Shown here piece after piece: positions 17,405 through 30,634 of a stretch of 64,000 nucleotides of DNA. Both the position numbers and the translations under genes were made by a program. The notes beneath the pieces are model-generated. The model ran no database searches and had not been told where the DNA came from. It saw only the letters and a program-made list of their open reading frames with translations. This stretch comes from the human T2T-CHM13v2.0 reference genome, Homo sapiens, in NCBI RefSeq assembly GCF_009914755.1, contig NC_060931.1; one strand, 5' to 3'. Every line of letters starts with the position of its first letter. Position 1 is the first letter of the stretch.

Positions 17405-17594
17405 CAGTGATTCTCAAAGTGTGGTCCCAGGACCAGCAGCTTTGGCAACTCTTTTTGGGAATACAAATTCTTTTTGGAAATACAATAGGTCCCACCTCAG
17501 GCTTATTAAATCAGAAACTCAGATGGGAACCAGTAATCTGTGTTTCCATAAGATCTCCAGGAGGTTTTGATGCCTGTTCAAGATTGAGAGCTAC
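17405..17594. mobile_element. MER5A hAT-Charlie MITE
   Basis: cagtgattctcaaagtgtggtccc...aagattgagagctac. Confidence 0.85.
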
Positions 17595-17959
17595 AAAAAA
17601 AAAGCTGCTTTTCTATCGTTATAAAATGATACATGGATAGATGGATAATGGATAATAAATTACCCATAGATAATGGATAGATTCAGTTCAAAATGAAGAT
17701 TCTGGTGTTTTCTTTTTAAATTACATTATACTTTAATCATACATAATATCTGGAGTCTAATCTACACAATGATTATCTCCAAGTCTTTTAGTTCTTATTA
17801 TTAGTTAATTGAGGGGAAATTGGCAGATGGTAGAGTGATTGGCTGTCCAATTATCAGTCACTGTTAAAGGAATAGTAGCTAAATGCCAAAGTCATGTAAC
17901 AGGAATCTTTTTCTTCATCTTTTGGCAACATGATGGCTACAATAAGCCTTAATGTTTCT

Positions 17960-18265
17960 ATATTTTACATTTACATACATGTAAATGTATGTACAAAAAA
18001 TTATACATTGTATTTACATTGGTCTATGCAGTGTACAATGTATGTACAATACATACATTGTATTTTTCAAAGAAATATACATTATATATAATATGTAATA
18101 TATTGTATATTATATAATGTGTATATTATATATATACTATATACTATGCAAATGCAATACATAATGTATATTCAATATATAATGTATAATGCATGTATAA
18201 TGTATATTATTGTATAATGTACAATACAATGCAAATGCAATATATAATATATATTTCTTTGAAAT
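17960..18265. repeat. AT-rich low-complexity tract with several inverted repeats
   Basis: TATA/TACA/TGTA-rich; inverted repeats are listed in findings. Confidence 0.85.
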
Positions 18266-18929
18266 AATTAGAAATCAATGTTTTATATTCATTTATTAGT
18301 ATCCAATCTCATTCTGCAAGAGACCAGAAGCAGCACAAAGAAAATACATGTATTGAAATAGTAAATGAAAATGTAAGCTTCAGATGAGATGCCAGTCTTA
18401 GCACAGAAGGAAGCCTGGAAGTTTCCTTCTGTGCTAGACATTAACCTTTTAGCTACTAGAGGTAGGATAACTGGGAAACAGTCCAAGGGAGGAACTATAG
18501 TAACAGAAACAGTTCTAATTGGATGGAGCAGTGACTATCCGTCACCCCAGGTGATTTATCATCTTCTCCAAAAGAAACCTTAAGATTATCATAATTCCTT
18601 GACATTAATATAATTCGTTAAAAATGAGATCATGCACGTTGCACTATTTGTGTGCACCTGATTGACCCTAGAGTGCCATTCCCTGCGTTTCCTGTGTCCA
18701 GAGAGCCTTATGCCTGAACACAACCAGCTTGGCCAGACCACCTTAAAATCTTCATCATCTTTTGACTATGTTATTGTATAAAGTATGCATTCTTTAATGA
18801 TATCTCTATATATACATTTTTTACAATTTTTGGTTTTTCCATTCTCACAAATCAATCTCCAACTCCTTATACCTGACACATAGTATGCAATAATAGTATT
18901 TTCTGAAAAAATACAAGTGCAGCAAGGTG

Positions 18930-19070
18930 CAAAGTCACTGCACTAGAAAATTGAGTGATCTGGGTTGTGGTCCAGACAACTGCACAAACAGATTTTTTAT
19001 TTTGAGTGAATTGTTTCATTTCCCTAAGCCTTAGTTTCTTCACCTCTGAAATGAAAATATGTAAAACCTT
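18930..19070 (+). mobile_element. MIR fragment
   Basis: ctaagccttagtttcttcacctctgaaatgaaaat. Confidence 0.6.
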
Positions 19071-19732
19071 CATTATTCTCAGCCTTGGGTACCACGGATT
19101 AGAAGCAGAAAAGAGAGTGAGAAAACCACCTGTCTGGAAATTTTCCAGGACTGACCAACATGTCTGCTACATTCTTCGGAAGTTTCTGGAAGATCCCCGG
19201 GGAGGTGATGGTGGGGGGGTTCCATTTCAAGTGAGCAAGAGTTGATTTATGATTTAGTCCAAGGGCCATGAGAAACTCAAGGATCTAAATTGCTGTTTCC
19301 TTGAAATTATTCCATTCCAGTGAACTCAGATGAAATGAGGCAAAAGCAGGATCTTATAGGAACCCTGGAGAAGCAAAACTGCTGATTTCTGTGAGCCTCT
19401 GACCTGCCCCTGATAAATCTGCTGACACTTCTACACCAGACTCTCCCACAAGGTTCACAGTAGCCCCATCCACAGGAAGGAAGATGTAAAAGTATCTCCT
19501 GACCTAAATTCTGGGAGCTAACCCAGGCCATTTTTCTATCAGTCTTTGAAAACAGACCCAGCCTGATGTTACCGCCTTGTGTGAACCTCTCCAAAGTGAG
19601 AGGTGACACTTGTGTGCTTAGAATATATGTTTAAGGCTATTTAGAGCATCTCAAATGATGCCTACAGTCAAGGGTATCCCAAGGCCTCCAGAGAAGGGGA
19701 ATTATCATGAGAAGAGCTGTAATAACTCCCAT

Positions 19733-19912
19733 TTCTTTGTGTTTTTGTTTTGTTTTGTTTTAAAGACAGGCTGTCACTATCACCCAGGCTAGAGAGCAGT
19801 GGCACCATCATAGCTCATTGTAGCCTTGAACTCCTGGCCTCAAGAGATCCTCCCACATAGTCTCATCCTCCTAAAGGGCTAGGATTATAGGCATGAGCCA
19901 TTGTGCCGGCCC
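19733..19912 (-). mobile_element. Alu monomer (FRAM-like)
   Basis: Single-arm Alu-like sequence with T-rich tail. Confidence 0.8.
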
Positions 19913-19986
19913 AGTGCCCTTTCATGGGAACTTAATGTCACACAAAGGATATGTTTTACATAAGACATCTCATTTAAAATCACACT

Positions 19987-20450
19987 TGAGAACCCCTCAA
20001 ATTTGAGACAGGTCTCAGTTAATTTAGAAGGTTTATTTTGCCAAGGTTGAGGACATGTGTCCATGACACGGCTTCAGGAGGTCCCGATGACATGTGCCCC
20101 AGGTCATCAGAGCACAGCTTGGTTTTACACATTTTAGGGAGATTTGATACATCCACCGACATATGTGAAATGAACATTGGTTTGGTCCAGAAAGACGGGA
20201 CAACTCAAGCAAAAGCAGGCAACTTGAAACAGGGAATGGGGTTTACAGGTAACAGGTAGGTGAGAGACACATGGTTGCTTTCTTTTGAGTTTAGCCTTTC
20301 CAAAGAAAACAATCAGATATGCATTTATCTCAGTGAGCAGAGGGGTGACTTTGAATAGAATGGGAGGCAGCTTTGCCTTAAGCAGTACCCAGTTTGAATT
20401 TTTCCTTTAGCTTAGTGGTTTTGGGGGAACCAAGATATTTTCTTTTTACA
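19987..20450 (-). mobile_element. MER4A1-type ERV1 solo LTR
   Basis: tcagttaatttagaaggtttattttgccaaggttgaggac...cctttagcttagtggttttggggg; TG...CA ends; 4-bp TSD cact. Confidence 0.85.
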
Positions 20451-20643
20451 CACTCAAAGTCATTGGTTTACAGGTGAGAAAAGTAAGGCTTAGAGAGACC
20501 TTCGTATGTTTATCTTCTAAGAGATTCTCAATTGCCTTAATTCAATCAAGAGCAGCTAGTATCTTGCAGAAGAGCCAGATTATTTTAGAGTTAGATATTT
20601 TGTTATTAGGAGTGGATGATTTAAAATGTCAGGGAAGATTTTG

Positions 20644-20850
20644 TTCCCTTCCCTTCCCTTCCCCTCCCCTCCCTTCCCTTCCCCTCCCCTGCCCTCCCTT
20701 CCCTTTCCTTCCCCTCCTCTCCATTCCCTTTCTTTCCCCTCCCCTCCATTCCCTTTCTTTCCCCTCCCCTCCCCTCCCCTCCCTTTCCCTCCACTCCCTT
20801 CCCCTCTCCTACCCTCCCCTCCACTCCCCTCCCTTCCCTTTCTTTCTTTT
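20644..20850. repeat. (CCCTT/CCCCT)n polypyrimidine tract
   Basis: About 200 bp almost entirely C/T, abutting the L1 tail. Confidence 0.95.
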
Positions 20851-21380
20851 TTCTTTTGTGTTTTCTTTTAAGTTCTGGGATACATATGCAGAACGTGCAG
20901 GTTTGTTACATAGGTAAATGTGTGCCATCGTGGTTTGCTGCCCCTATCAACCCATCACCTAGGTATTAAGCCCAGCATGCATTAGCTATTTATGCTGATG
21001 CTCTCCCTCCCCCACCCTACCCCCTGGCAGGCCCCAGTGTGTGTTGTTCCCCTCCCTGTGTCCATCCATGCATTCTCATTGTTCTAGCTCCCATTTATAA
21101 GTGAGAACATGTGGTGTTTGGTTTTCTGTTCCTGTGTTAGTTTGCTGAGGATAGTTAGTTAGTCATCAGAGCGAAAAGGCAACCTACATACAGAATGGGA
21201 GAACATTTTTGCAGTCTACCTATTTGACAAAGGTCTAAAATCCAGAATTCACAAGGAACATAAACAAATTTACAAGAAAAAAAAACAAACAATCCTATCA
21301 AAAAGTGGGCAAAGGATCTGAACAGACACTTATGAAAAGAGGACATTTATGTGGCCAAAAAACATATGAAAAAAATGCTC
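20851..21380 (-). mobile_element. Short L1PA (~PA8-10) insertion with 5' inversion
   Basis: L1 3' UTR on minus (20851-21153) joined via gttagttag to a plus-strand ORF2 3' piece (21163-21380). Confidence 0.88.
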
Positions 21381-21388
21381 TTTTCTTT

Positions 21389-22528
21389 TTGCTGGTTAGG
21401 ATGGTTAATTTCGTGAGTCAATTTCAGTGGGCCGTGGGGTACCCAGATTAAACATTATTTCTGAATGTGTCTGGGAGGGTGTCTTTGGATGAGATTAGCA
21501 TTTGAATGAGTGGATAGACTCAGTAAAGTAGATGGTCCTTCCCAATGTGGTTGGGCATTTTCCAATTCATTGAGGGCTTGAATAAAACTAGAGGAGGAGA
21601 AAAGAGGAATTTATCCCTTTCTTTGCTGCCTCATTTCTTGGATTTCAGAATGGGATTCACACTGTTGGTTCTCCTGGTTATCAGGCCTTCATACTTAGGC
21701 TCAATTATGCCACTACTTTCTTGGTGATAAAGGAGTTAAAAAGAAAGTATTTAGGCAGAGAGTGAGGATAAGGAAGTCCTTGGTAAGGTTTTCCTTTTAA
21801 TGAAAAGCAGCCCCCAAATCAATTTTTTTTTTTCTAACAAAGAACAGCCTGTAAAATTGAGCTGCAGACATAGACAAGCAAGCTGGAGGCTTGCATGAGT
21901 GAATGCCAGCAGTTGTGCCAACAGAAAAAGGCTACCTGGGACTAGGCATGTCCAACATGGCGGCTCTATCTTCCCTTTTCCTTTCCAGCCAGGTGTGCAG
22001 TAGAGAGCAGACAACATGGCGCCAGCCAAGTGGAAAGCCTATTTGCATAATAAGATTAGAGTGGGGCAGCCAGCTTCCCTGCACGCTATGGCTATGTAAA
22101 CGTCACATCTGGTCCAACCAATCTGTGAGCCCTATGTAAATCAGACACTGCCTCCCCCAGCCTGTCTATGAAATCTGATGCACTCTACTGTGGGCCGGAA
22201 GTCCCATTTGAGCACCCCTCTCTCTCCAAGGAGAGAGAGCTGTTCTCTCTTCTCTTTCTTTTGCCTATTAAACTTCCACTCTTAACTTCACTCTACATGT
22301 GTCGATGTCCTTGATTTCCTTGGCATGAGGCAAGGAACCTCAAGTACTTACCCCAGACAATGACACCACTTCACTGGGTCTCTAATTTGCAGTTGGCAGA
22401 GATGGCACATTGTAGTACTTCTTAGCTTAGTAATTATGTGAACCAACTTTTCATAATCAATCGTGTGTGTGTGTGTGTGTGTGTGTTTCCTATTGGTTCT
22501 ATTTTTCTGGAGAACACTGACTTATATA
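21389..22528 (+). mobile_element. MLT2B-type ERVL LTR, split by an ERV1 LTR; contains (GT)n at 22463-22486
   Basis: gatggttaatttcgtgagtcaa...cctattggttctatttttctggagaacactgact. Confidence 0.8.
21725..22373 (+). mobile_element. ERV1 solo LTR (LTR9-like)
   Basis: tgataaaggagttaaaaagaaag...ccccagacaatgacaccacttca; TG...CA ends; TSD ttgg/ctgg; attaaa signal. Confidence 0.8.
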
Positions 22529-22943
22529 GTAATATAACTGAATAAGATCACATTTTGCAAACTTTCCTGGAGGTTAGCAACATTTCAGAAGTGTTTGCCA
22601 AAGATCTGTCATGTTACTTGGAGGAAATAAAGAAAGAAGCCTGAACGTCCCTGATAACATCTGAACTCCGAAGAGAAATGGAAAATAGGAATTTGGCTTT
22701 CGGGAGAGAGGAAATTCAGTGGTGAAATTATCACAAGAAAGGGTATGGTGGTAAAAATCATGAAACTGTCAGAAAACAGTTATTAAAAGGACACGTCCTT
22801 GGAAACCTTGATTTTAGAAAAGCTGTGAGTCTCTTTGACAACCAAACCACATCTGAGAGAGGAAAATAAAATAGAAATGTGATGTTAAGATAGGGACATT
22901 TTAACCTAAAAAAAAAATGGAAGTTAGAAAAGTGGCTCTTCAC

Positions 22944-23179
<236 letters not shown>

Positions 23180-23571
23180 TCAGAATGACTTACGAGAGGG
23201 GAGATGGGAGCCATGCCCCTGTGGTGGGACACGTTTATCTTCTATGATTTACTACACACACTTAGTCCATGATCCAGGAGAGAGGTTTCCAAAAAGATGA
23301 CAGAGAAGAGGTGTCCTCTATCATGGGAAGAGGAGGACTCTCCTCCCTTCCTGCAAGGTTTGAGTAAACCTGGAAGGAAGGCTTCTGAGCTGCTAATGAG
23401 CTTTTGCTTAGGTAGTGCTAGTGTAGAGAAACACATCTCCCTGGCTACCCCACGTTCTTTTAAAAGGGACCTTAGCTGAGACAAAGTGGAGGCAGTTTTG
23501 AAGAAGCTCAAAATGTGCTTTGTGGGTTGTTGATAATAGTCTTGGACCATTAGATAATAGTCTTAATCCTT

Positions 23572-23897
23572 AGAGAAAGAGGAGGAGAAGGAGAAGGAAG
23601 AGGAGGAGAAGAAGGAGGAGAAGGGGGAGAAGAAAGAGAGGGAAAATGAGAGGGAGGAGAAGAAGAAAGGGGAGAAAGAGGAGGAGGAGGAGGAGAAGGA
23701 GAAGGAAGAGAAGGAGGAGGAGGAGAAGGAGGAGAAGAAGGAGGAGGAGAAAAAGGAGGAGGAGGAGGAAGACAAAGAGGAGAAGAGTAGGAAACATGGA
23801 AGGAGAAGAAGGAGGAGGAAGAGGGGAAAGAGGAGGAGAAAAGGGAGGAGGAGAAGAAGAGGAAGATGAGGAGAAGAAGGAGGGGGAGAAGAGAGCA
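23572..23897. repeat. (GGA/GAA)n polypurine tract
   Basis: About 325 bp almost entirely G/A. Confidence 0.95.
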
Positions 23898-24189
23898 GCT
23901 ATGTCAGCTTTGCCAAGTTAGGATGAAACCACCAAAAGCTGAAACCTAAGAATGAGTAGAAGAAGGTGGATAACACATCAAAATCAGGTTTCTGCAGGAA
24001 GAGAGCAGGCAGAAGTATAGCCAGCTTTATCAATGAAGCTGGCATGATGTATAACGGAGGGTGCAAAATCTGAGCACACTGTATATGGATGCCCAATTCT
24101 GGTAGCCAAATCTTAAGTTAAGGGCAAAGTGATACTTTGTCAGGAAGACAGCAGGTTGTAGTAGAAATGATTTGTGACTACTCTATGAT

Positions 24190-25135
24190 GCCTAGGGCCT
24201 CATCTAGGAAGATCAGATAGCTGGAGGGTGACATCTGGAGTCTGGAACCGTTTGGAGACTTCTTCATTCACATATCTGTGTCTGGTCTGGGATGATTCAG
24301 AGTGGCCTCAGTGGAGGCTGTTGGTCTACATGTAGCCTCTCCTGTGCTTGGGCTTCCTCACAGCATGGTGGCCTTGTAGCTATAATAGATCATTTGCTAA
24401 TGCACAGAGCAAGTTGATACACTGAGACACCAATTTGCAGCAGAGAAAGAGGTTTAATTGTAGGGTCACCAAAGGAGGAGATGGGAGAAAACCTCAAATC
24501 CTTCTCCCTGAGCAATTTGGGGTTAGATTTTTTTGAGGGTTTTGGAGTGGATTGAAGTGTGGAGATTATTAATTGGTGGAAAAGTGTGGGGTAAAGGCAT
24601 GGGGCAGAGAGATAAAGAAGCTATATTCCATGCTGATCCTAATCTTCTGTGGGGGTCTCCAAACTGGTTGCTGAAATTTGTGGTTTGAAAAATATCTTAA
24701 GCAATACTTAAACAAAAGCCTTATGATTCTAACGTCAGAGATCCTCTCTATAGGAACAATGGGGGTGCACGTACTCAGGATCTAGTGCTACATGACTTCC
24801 AGCAACAAGGAAGTCAGCCAAAGTGCAGCCTAATTGATGCTTAATTTTAATTATGTTTCTGTACAGAACCTGGCATGCAATTCTGGTCAATCCTGTGGGG
24901 ATGGTTTCAACCTCAGGACAGTCAGTGGTGGCTCAGGCATCCAAGAGCAGGCGTCCCAGAAAACAAGGTGGAACCTGCTTGTCCTAGCATTGAAACACCC
25001 CACAGTGTCTCGTCCCTTATACTCTACAGGTCAAAGCAGTCACAGGTCTGCCCAGATTCAACAGGGGGGGACACAGAGCTCACATCTCAGTGGGAGAGTA
25101 TTGAAGAATTGGTACCCATGTTTAAAAATTGCCAC
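24190..25135 (-). mobile_element. Old MLT1 (J/K-like) MaLR LTR, split by an ERV1 LTR
   Basis: gcttgggcttcctcacagcatggtggcct...aaagcagtcacaggtctgcccagattcaa. Confidence 0.7.
24375..24909 (-). mobile_element. ERV1 solo LTR (MER66-like)
   Basis: TG...CA ends (reverse complement begins tgaaaccatccccacagg); TSD gcct/acct. Confidence 0.75.
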
Positions 25136-25271
25136 TCTCATTTTCCTGAGCATCTCTCTCCTGTCTTGCCTTTTCATGTCAAGGTTATTGACTCATCTCT
25201 GGACTTATTCTCCTTAATGTATCCAGATAGGTGTCTCTTGCATTCTTCCACACATAGTTTGGGTTATTGTA

Positions 25272-25660
25272 TTAGGTTGGTGCCCATGTAATTGCGACTT
25301 TTGCTCTCACTTTTAATGGAGAATTCTTCACTTACATATCTGTGTCTGGTCTGGGGTGACTCAGAGTGGCCTCAGTGGAGGCTGTTGGTCCACATGTAGC
25401 CTTTCATGTGCTTGGGCTTCCTCACAGCATGGTGGCCTTATAATTGTAATAGGTGTGTTTGCTAATGGACAGAGCAAGTCAATACACTGAGACACCAATT
25501 TCCAGCAGAGAAAGAGGTTTAATCATAGGGTCGCCAAATGAGGAGATGGGAGGAAACCTCAAATCCATCACCCCAAGGAATTTGGGGTTAGACTTTTTAA
25601 GGGTTCTGGAATGGCCATTATTTTAATGGCGGAAATCGCAATTATTTTCCATCAACTTAC
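25272..25660. mobile_element. MADE1 (Hsmar1 mariner MITE) carrying a ~300 bp internal insert
   Basis: TA + ttaggttggtgcccatgtaattgcgacttttgc...ttttaatgg (left half); ccattattttaatggcggaaatcgcaattattttccatcaacttac + TA (right half). Confidence 0.88.
25317..25614 (+). repeat. Direct-orientation duplicate of 24253-24550
   Basis: Hand alignment ~88% identity over ~298 bp, including the MLT1/LTR junction. Confidence 0.95.
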
Positions 25661-25784
25661 TATTTCCAACAGCTAAGGTCAAACAGTTCTTAGGTTTTGT
25701 AGGACTTGGGCTGGCTTCATGGTGAATTAGAAATAACACAGGTTTGGCTGGAGACAGAGAAACCCAGGTTCCAATGGTTCATCA

Positions 25785-25975
25785 GTCCCTATGCTAACTT
25801 CTATGCATGCATGATCTTCCTGGATCCTTACAAGAACTCCTTGATGAAGGTATAATTAGTTCCCTTATTTAACAAGTGAAGGAACTGAAGCCCAGAAATG
25901 TTAATGAATTGGCCCAGGGTTCCACAGCTAAGTGACAGAACCACAATTTAAACCCGCAGTCTTAATCACCATGCT
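25785..25975 (-). mobile_element. MIR
   Basis: cccttatttaacaagtgaaggaactgaagcccagaaatgttaatgaattggccc. Confidence 0.7.
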
Positions 25976-26261
25976 CTTCACCTCTCCTGCCAATGTCATT
26001 TAGTGAGTATTTCTAGCTGTATGTACTTGGGCATGCAGTCAGTATATGGTTGCATTTTCTACACCTTCCTTCCCTACGTCATGGTTGGTTAGGGTCATGT
26101 AACCAGTACCAGCCAATGAATGATAAGCAGAGGTAATAAATGTAATTTCTGGGGCAAGCATTTAACTGCTGGTGCAAGACCTTGTTCCAGAGCTCTCTCT
26201 CCCTTTGGGGACTGTGACTGGCATTATTTGAGATGGTAGCTGTTTAATCAGCCTGGGTCCC

Positions 26262-27036
<775 letters not shown>

Positions 27037-27242
27037 GTCTCATAACCCTCTACCAACCCACAGTGGACATGCAACATGAATGAGAAATAAGTATGTGTGG
27101 ATTTAAGCCACTGAATATTTGAATTATTACACAGTATAATTGGAACTATTTTGACTGACTATATCATGTCTTTAATCTTCAGTTTCCTTGGCTGCAAGAT
27201 GGGAATAATAATTACTACCTAGAGGGACTATTAAAGCTTTTA

Positions 27243-27587
<345 letters not shown>

Positions 27588-28515
27588 TCAGTGTTTAGCC
27601 TAAAGCAGGACATTATCACTATCACATATATGAAGGACGCATGGCATTGAGCAGAATGGTAATTAGGCACCAGCCTGCCCACATGAGTGAAGCTGAACTT
27701 GCCTAATTCCCATTTATTCTTTGTAAACATCTGTTTGGCACCTGTAAGATTTCAGCAGGGTGGACCCTGAATGTAGAGAAGTCAGAGAGAAGAAAGATAG
27801 ATAGTCACCGGGAGAAGCAGAGTTAATAGGGCTTCTTATGAATGTGATGTTTGCTAGGATTATAAACTGGCAGTTGGTTAGAGTTAAGCCAGTCAGTGAA
27901 ATACAGAGACAGAACCAATCACGACTCTGCTATTTTATCCTGGTTACAGTGACAAGAATAACTTTATGGAACAGAAGCTCCCAAAATAGATTTCTTTCAT
28001 AACCAAATAACAACCAGGTATAGAAAAATCATGTTTTCAAAACGGAGCTTCAATTTCCCGTTAGAGGAGGAATTTTGAACACTTCCCCTAGCGGGAACTG
28101 AGGAAGTGCCTCTTATTCAAAAGGATGCCAGTCTATGATTGTCCAATTATTCACTGCATTTTGTCTTTGATGGCCCAGATGTTCTCAATTTCTTGTAATA
28201 AGTTCTTTCATCTGAAAAGTCGTTCTACTCAGAAATGCAAAATCCTCTACAGCTCACCAGCTTTTTTTGATGAGCTGGTATAATTGGCCTTCAATGTGCT
28301 CATTGTTGTGCAATAGAAAGCCCAAGTTTAATTTCATTTCTGTAAACCTGTAGATAAGAGCCAACCACTGCACCATTTAAGTCACTCTCATTACGATCCA
28401 CTTGGGCTCTGCCCACCACCCCATCTCCACTGGCAGGATGAAATTGTGCAAAAGCCTTTCTAACATGTCTCCTTATTCTTCTGCTTTAAAAAAAGAAAAA
28501 AAAACACATAGCAAA

Positions 28516-28830
28516 TTTTTTATTTTATTTATTTTATTTATTTTTTTTGAGACAGAATCTCTCTTTGTCACCCAGGCTGGAGTGCAGTGGTGTGATCTCA
28601 TCTCACTACACCCTCCACTTCCCAGGTTCAACCAATTCTCCTGCCACAGCCTCCTGAGTAGCTGGGACTACAGGCGCCCACAACCACACCCAGTTAATCT
28701 TTGTATTTTTATTAGAGATGAGGTTTCAACATGTTGGCCAGGCTGGTCTTGAACTCCTGACCTGAAGTGATCCACCAGCTTCAGCCTCCCAAAGTGCTGG
28801 GATTACAGGCATGAGCCACCGTGCCCTGCC
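28516..28830 (-). mobile_element. Alu (AluS)
   Basis: Full reverse-complement dimer. Confidence 0.95.
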
Positions 28831-29092
28831 TTAAATTTGATTTATTAACATTCATTGATCACTTCTTGAAAAAGCAACGTAACTTACACCCAATGATTAA
28901 TCAATAGATTAACATCATTAGTCACCAATCTAACCATATCAATCAATACATATTGAGCTCCTTCTGATCCCATAAACCATGTAAGGCCCATGAGAGAGAC
29001 AGATATGTATGAGAAAAGTTCTTGGTCTGAGAGTTCCTTATCATCTACTTGTGGAGGCTGGGTATATTCATAAAAAAAAAAATAGATTAGTA

Positions 29093-29434
<342 letters not shown>

Positions 29435-29470
29435 TCAAAAAGCACTCATTAAATTCTTCAACATGGTTGA

Positions 29471-29905
<435 letters not shown>

Positions 29906-29979
29906 CTGGAGATTTCACTTTATAGGGATGAGAAACCTGAACTGTCTGAGGAGCTTCTGCTATTCTTCTGGACCGGGGC

Positions 29980-30130
29980 ATAGAGAGACAATGTCTCATA
30001 GTGGTTACAGCATCGGCTCTGGAATCAGGCAGCCTGGGTTCAAATCCGAGGTCACCTGCTTGCTGCATGACTAGTCAAGTAACTTATCTCCTCAGGCCCC
30101 AGTTTCCCCTTCTATTGGGATAATAGGACC
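29980..30130 (+). mobile_element. MIR
   Basis: gtggttacagcatcggctctggaatcaggcagcctgggttcaaatcc. Confidence 0.8.
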
Positions 30131-30297
30131 TATATTTTTAAATGGCATGATAGAGAGAGTACTTGGAACAGCATTGGGCGCAAGTTCATGCCTCTGTGCT
30201 CACTCACTGCTATTAATCTCAAGCTATAGTGCATAGAGGCATAGAGCTTTCTGGCCATTTGTACCTCATAATTGTCGCTCCTTTGCCAATGCCCTAA

Positions 30298-30634
<337 letters not shown>

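Noticed and set aside
20474-20917. Pro/Ser-rich 147-aa ORF
   Set aside because: Translation of the CCCTT tract running into the L1 tail
23563-23921. Poly-Arg/Glu, poly-Ser/Phe and poly-Leu ORFs
   Set aside because: Artefacts of the stop-free GGA/GAA tract
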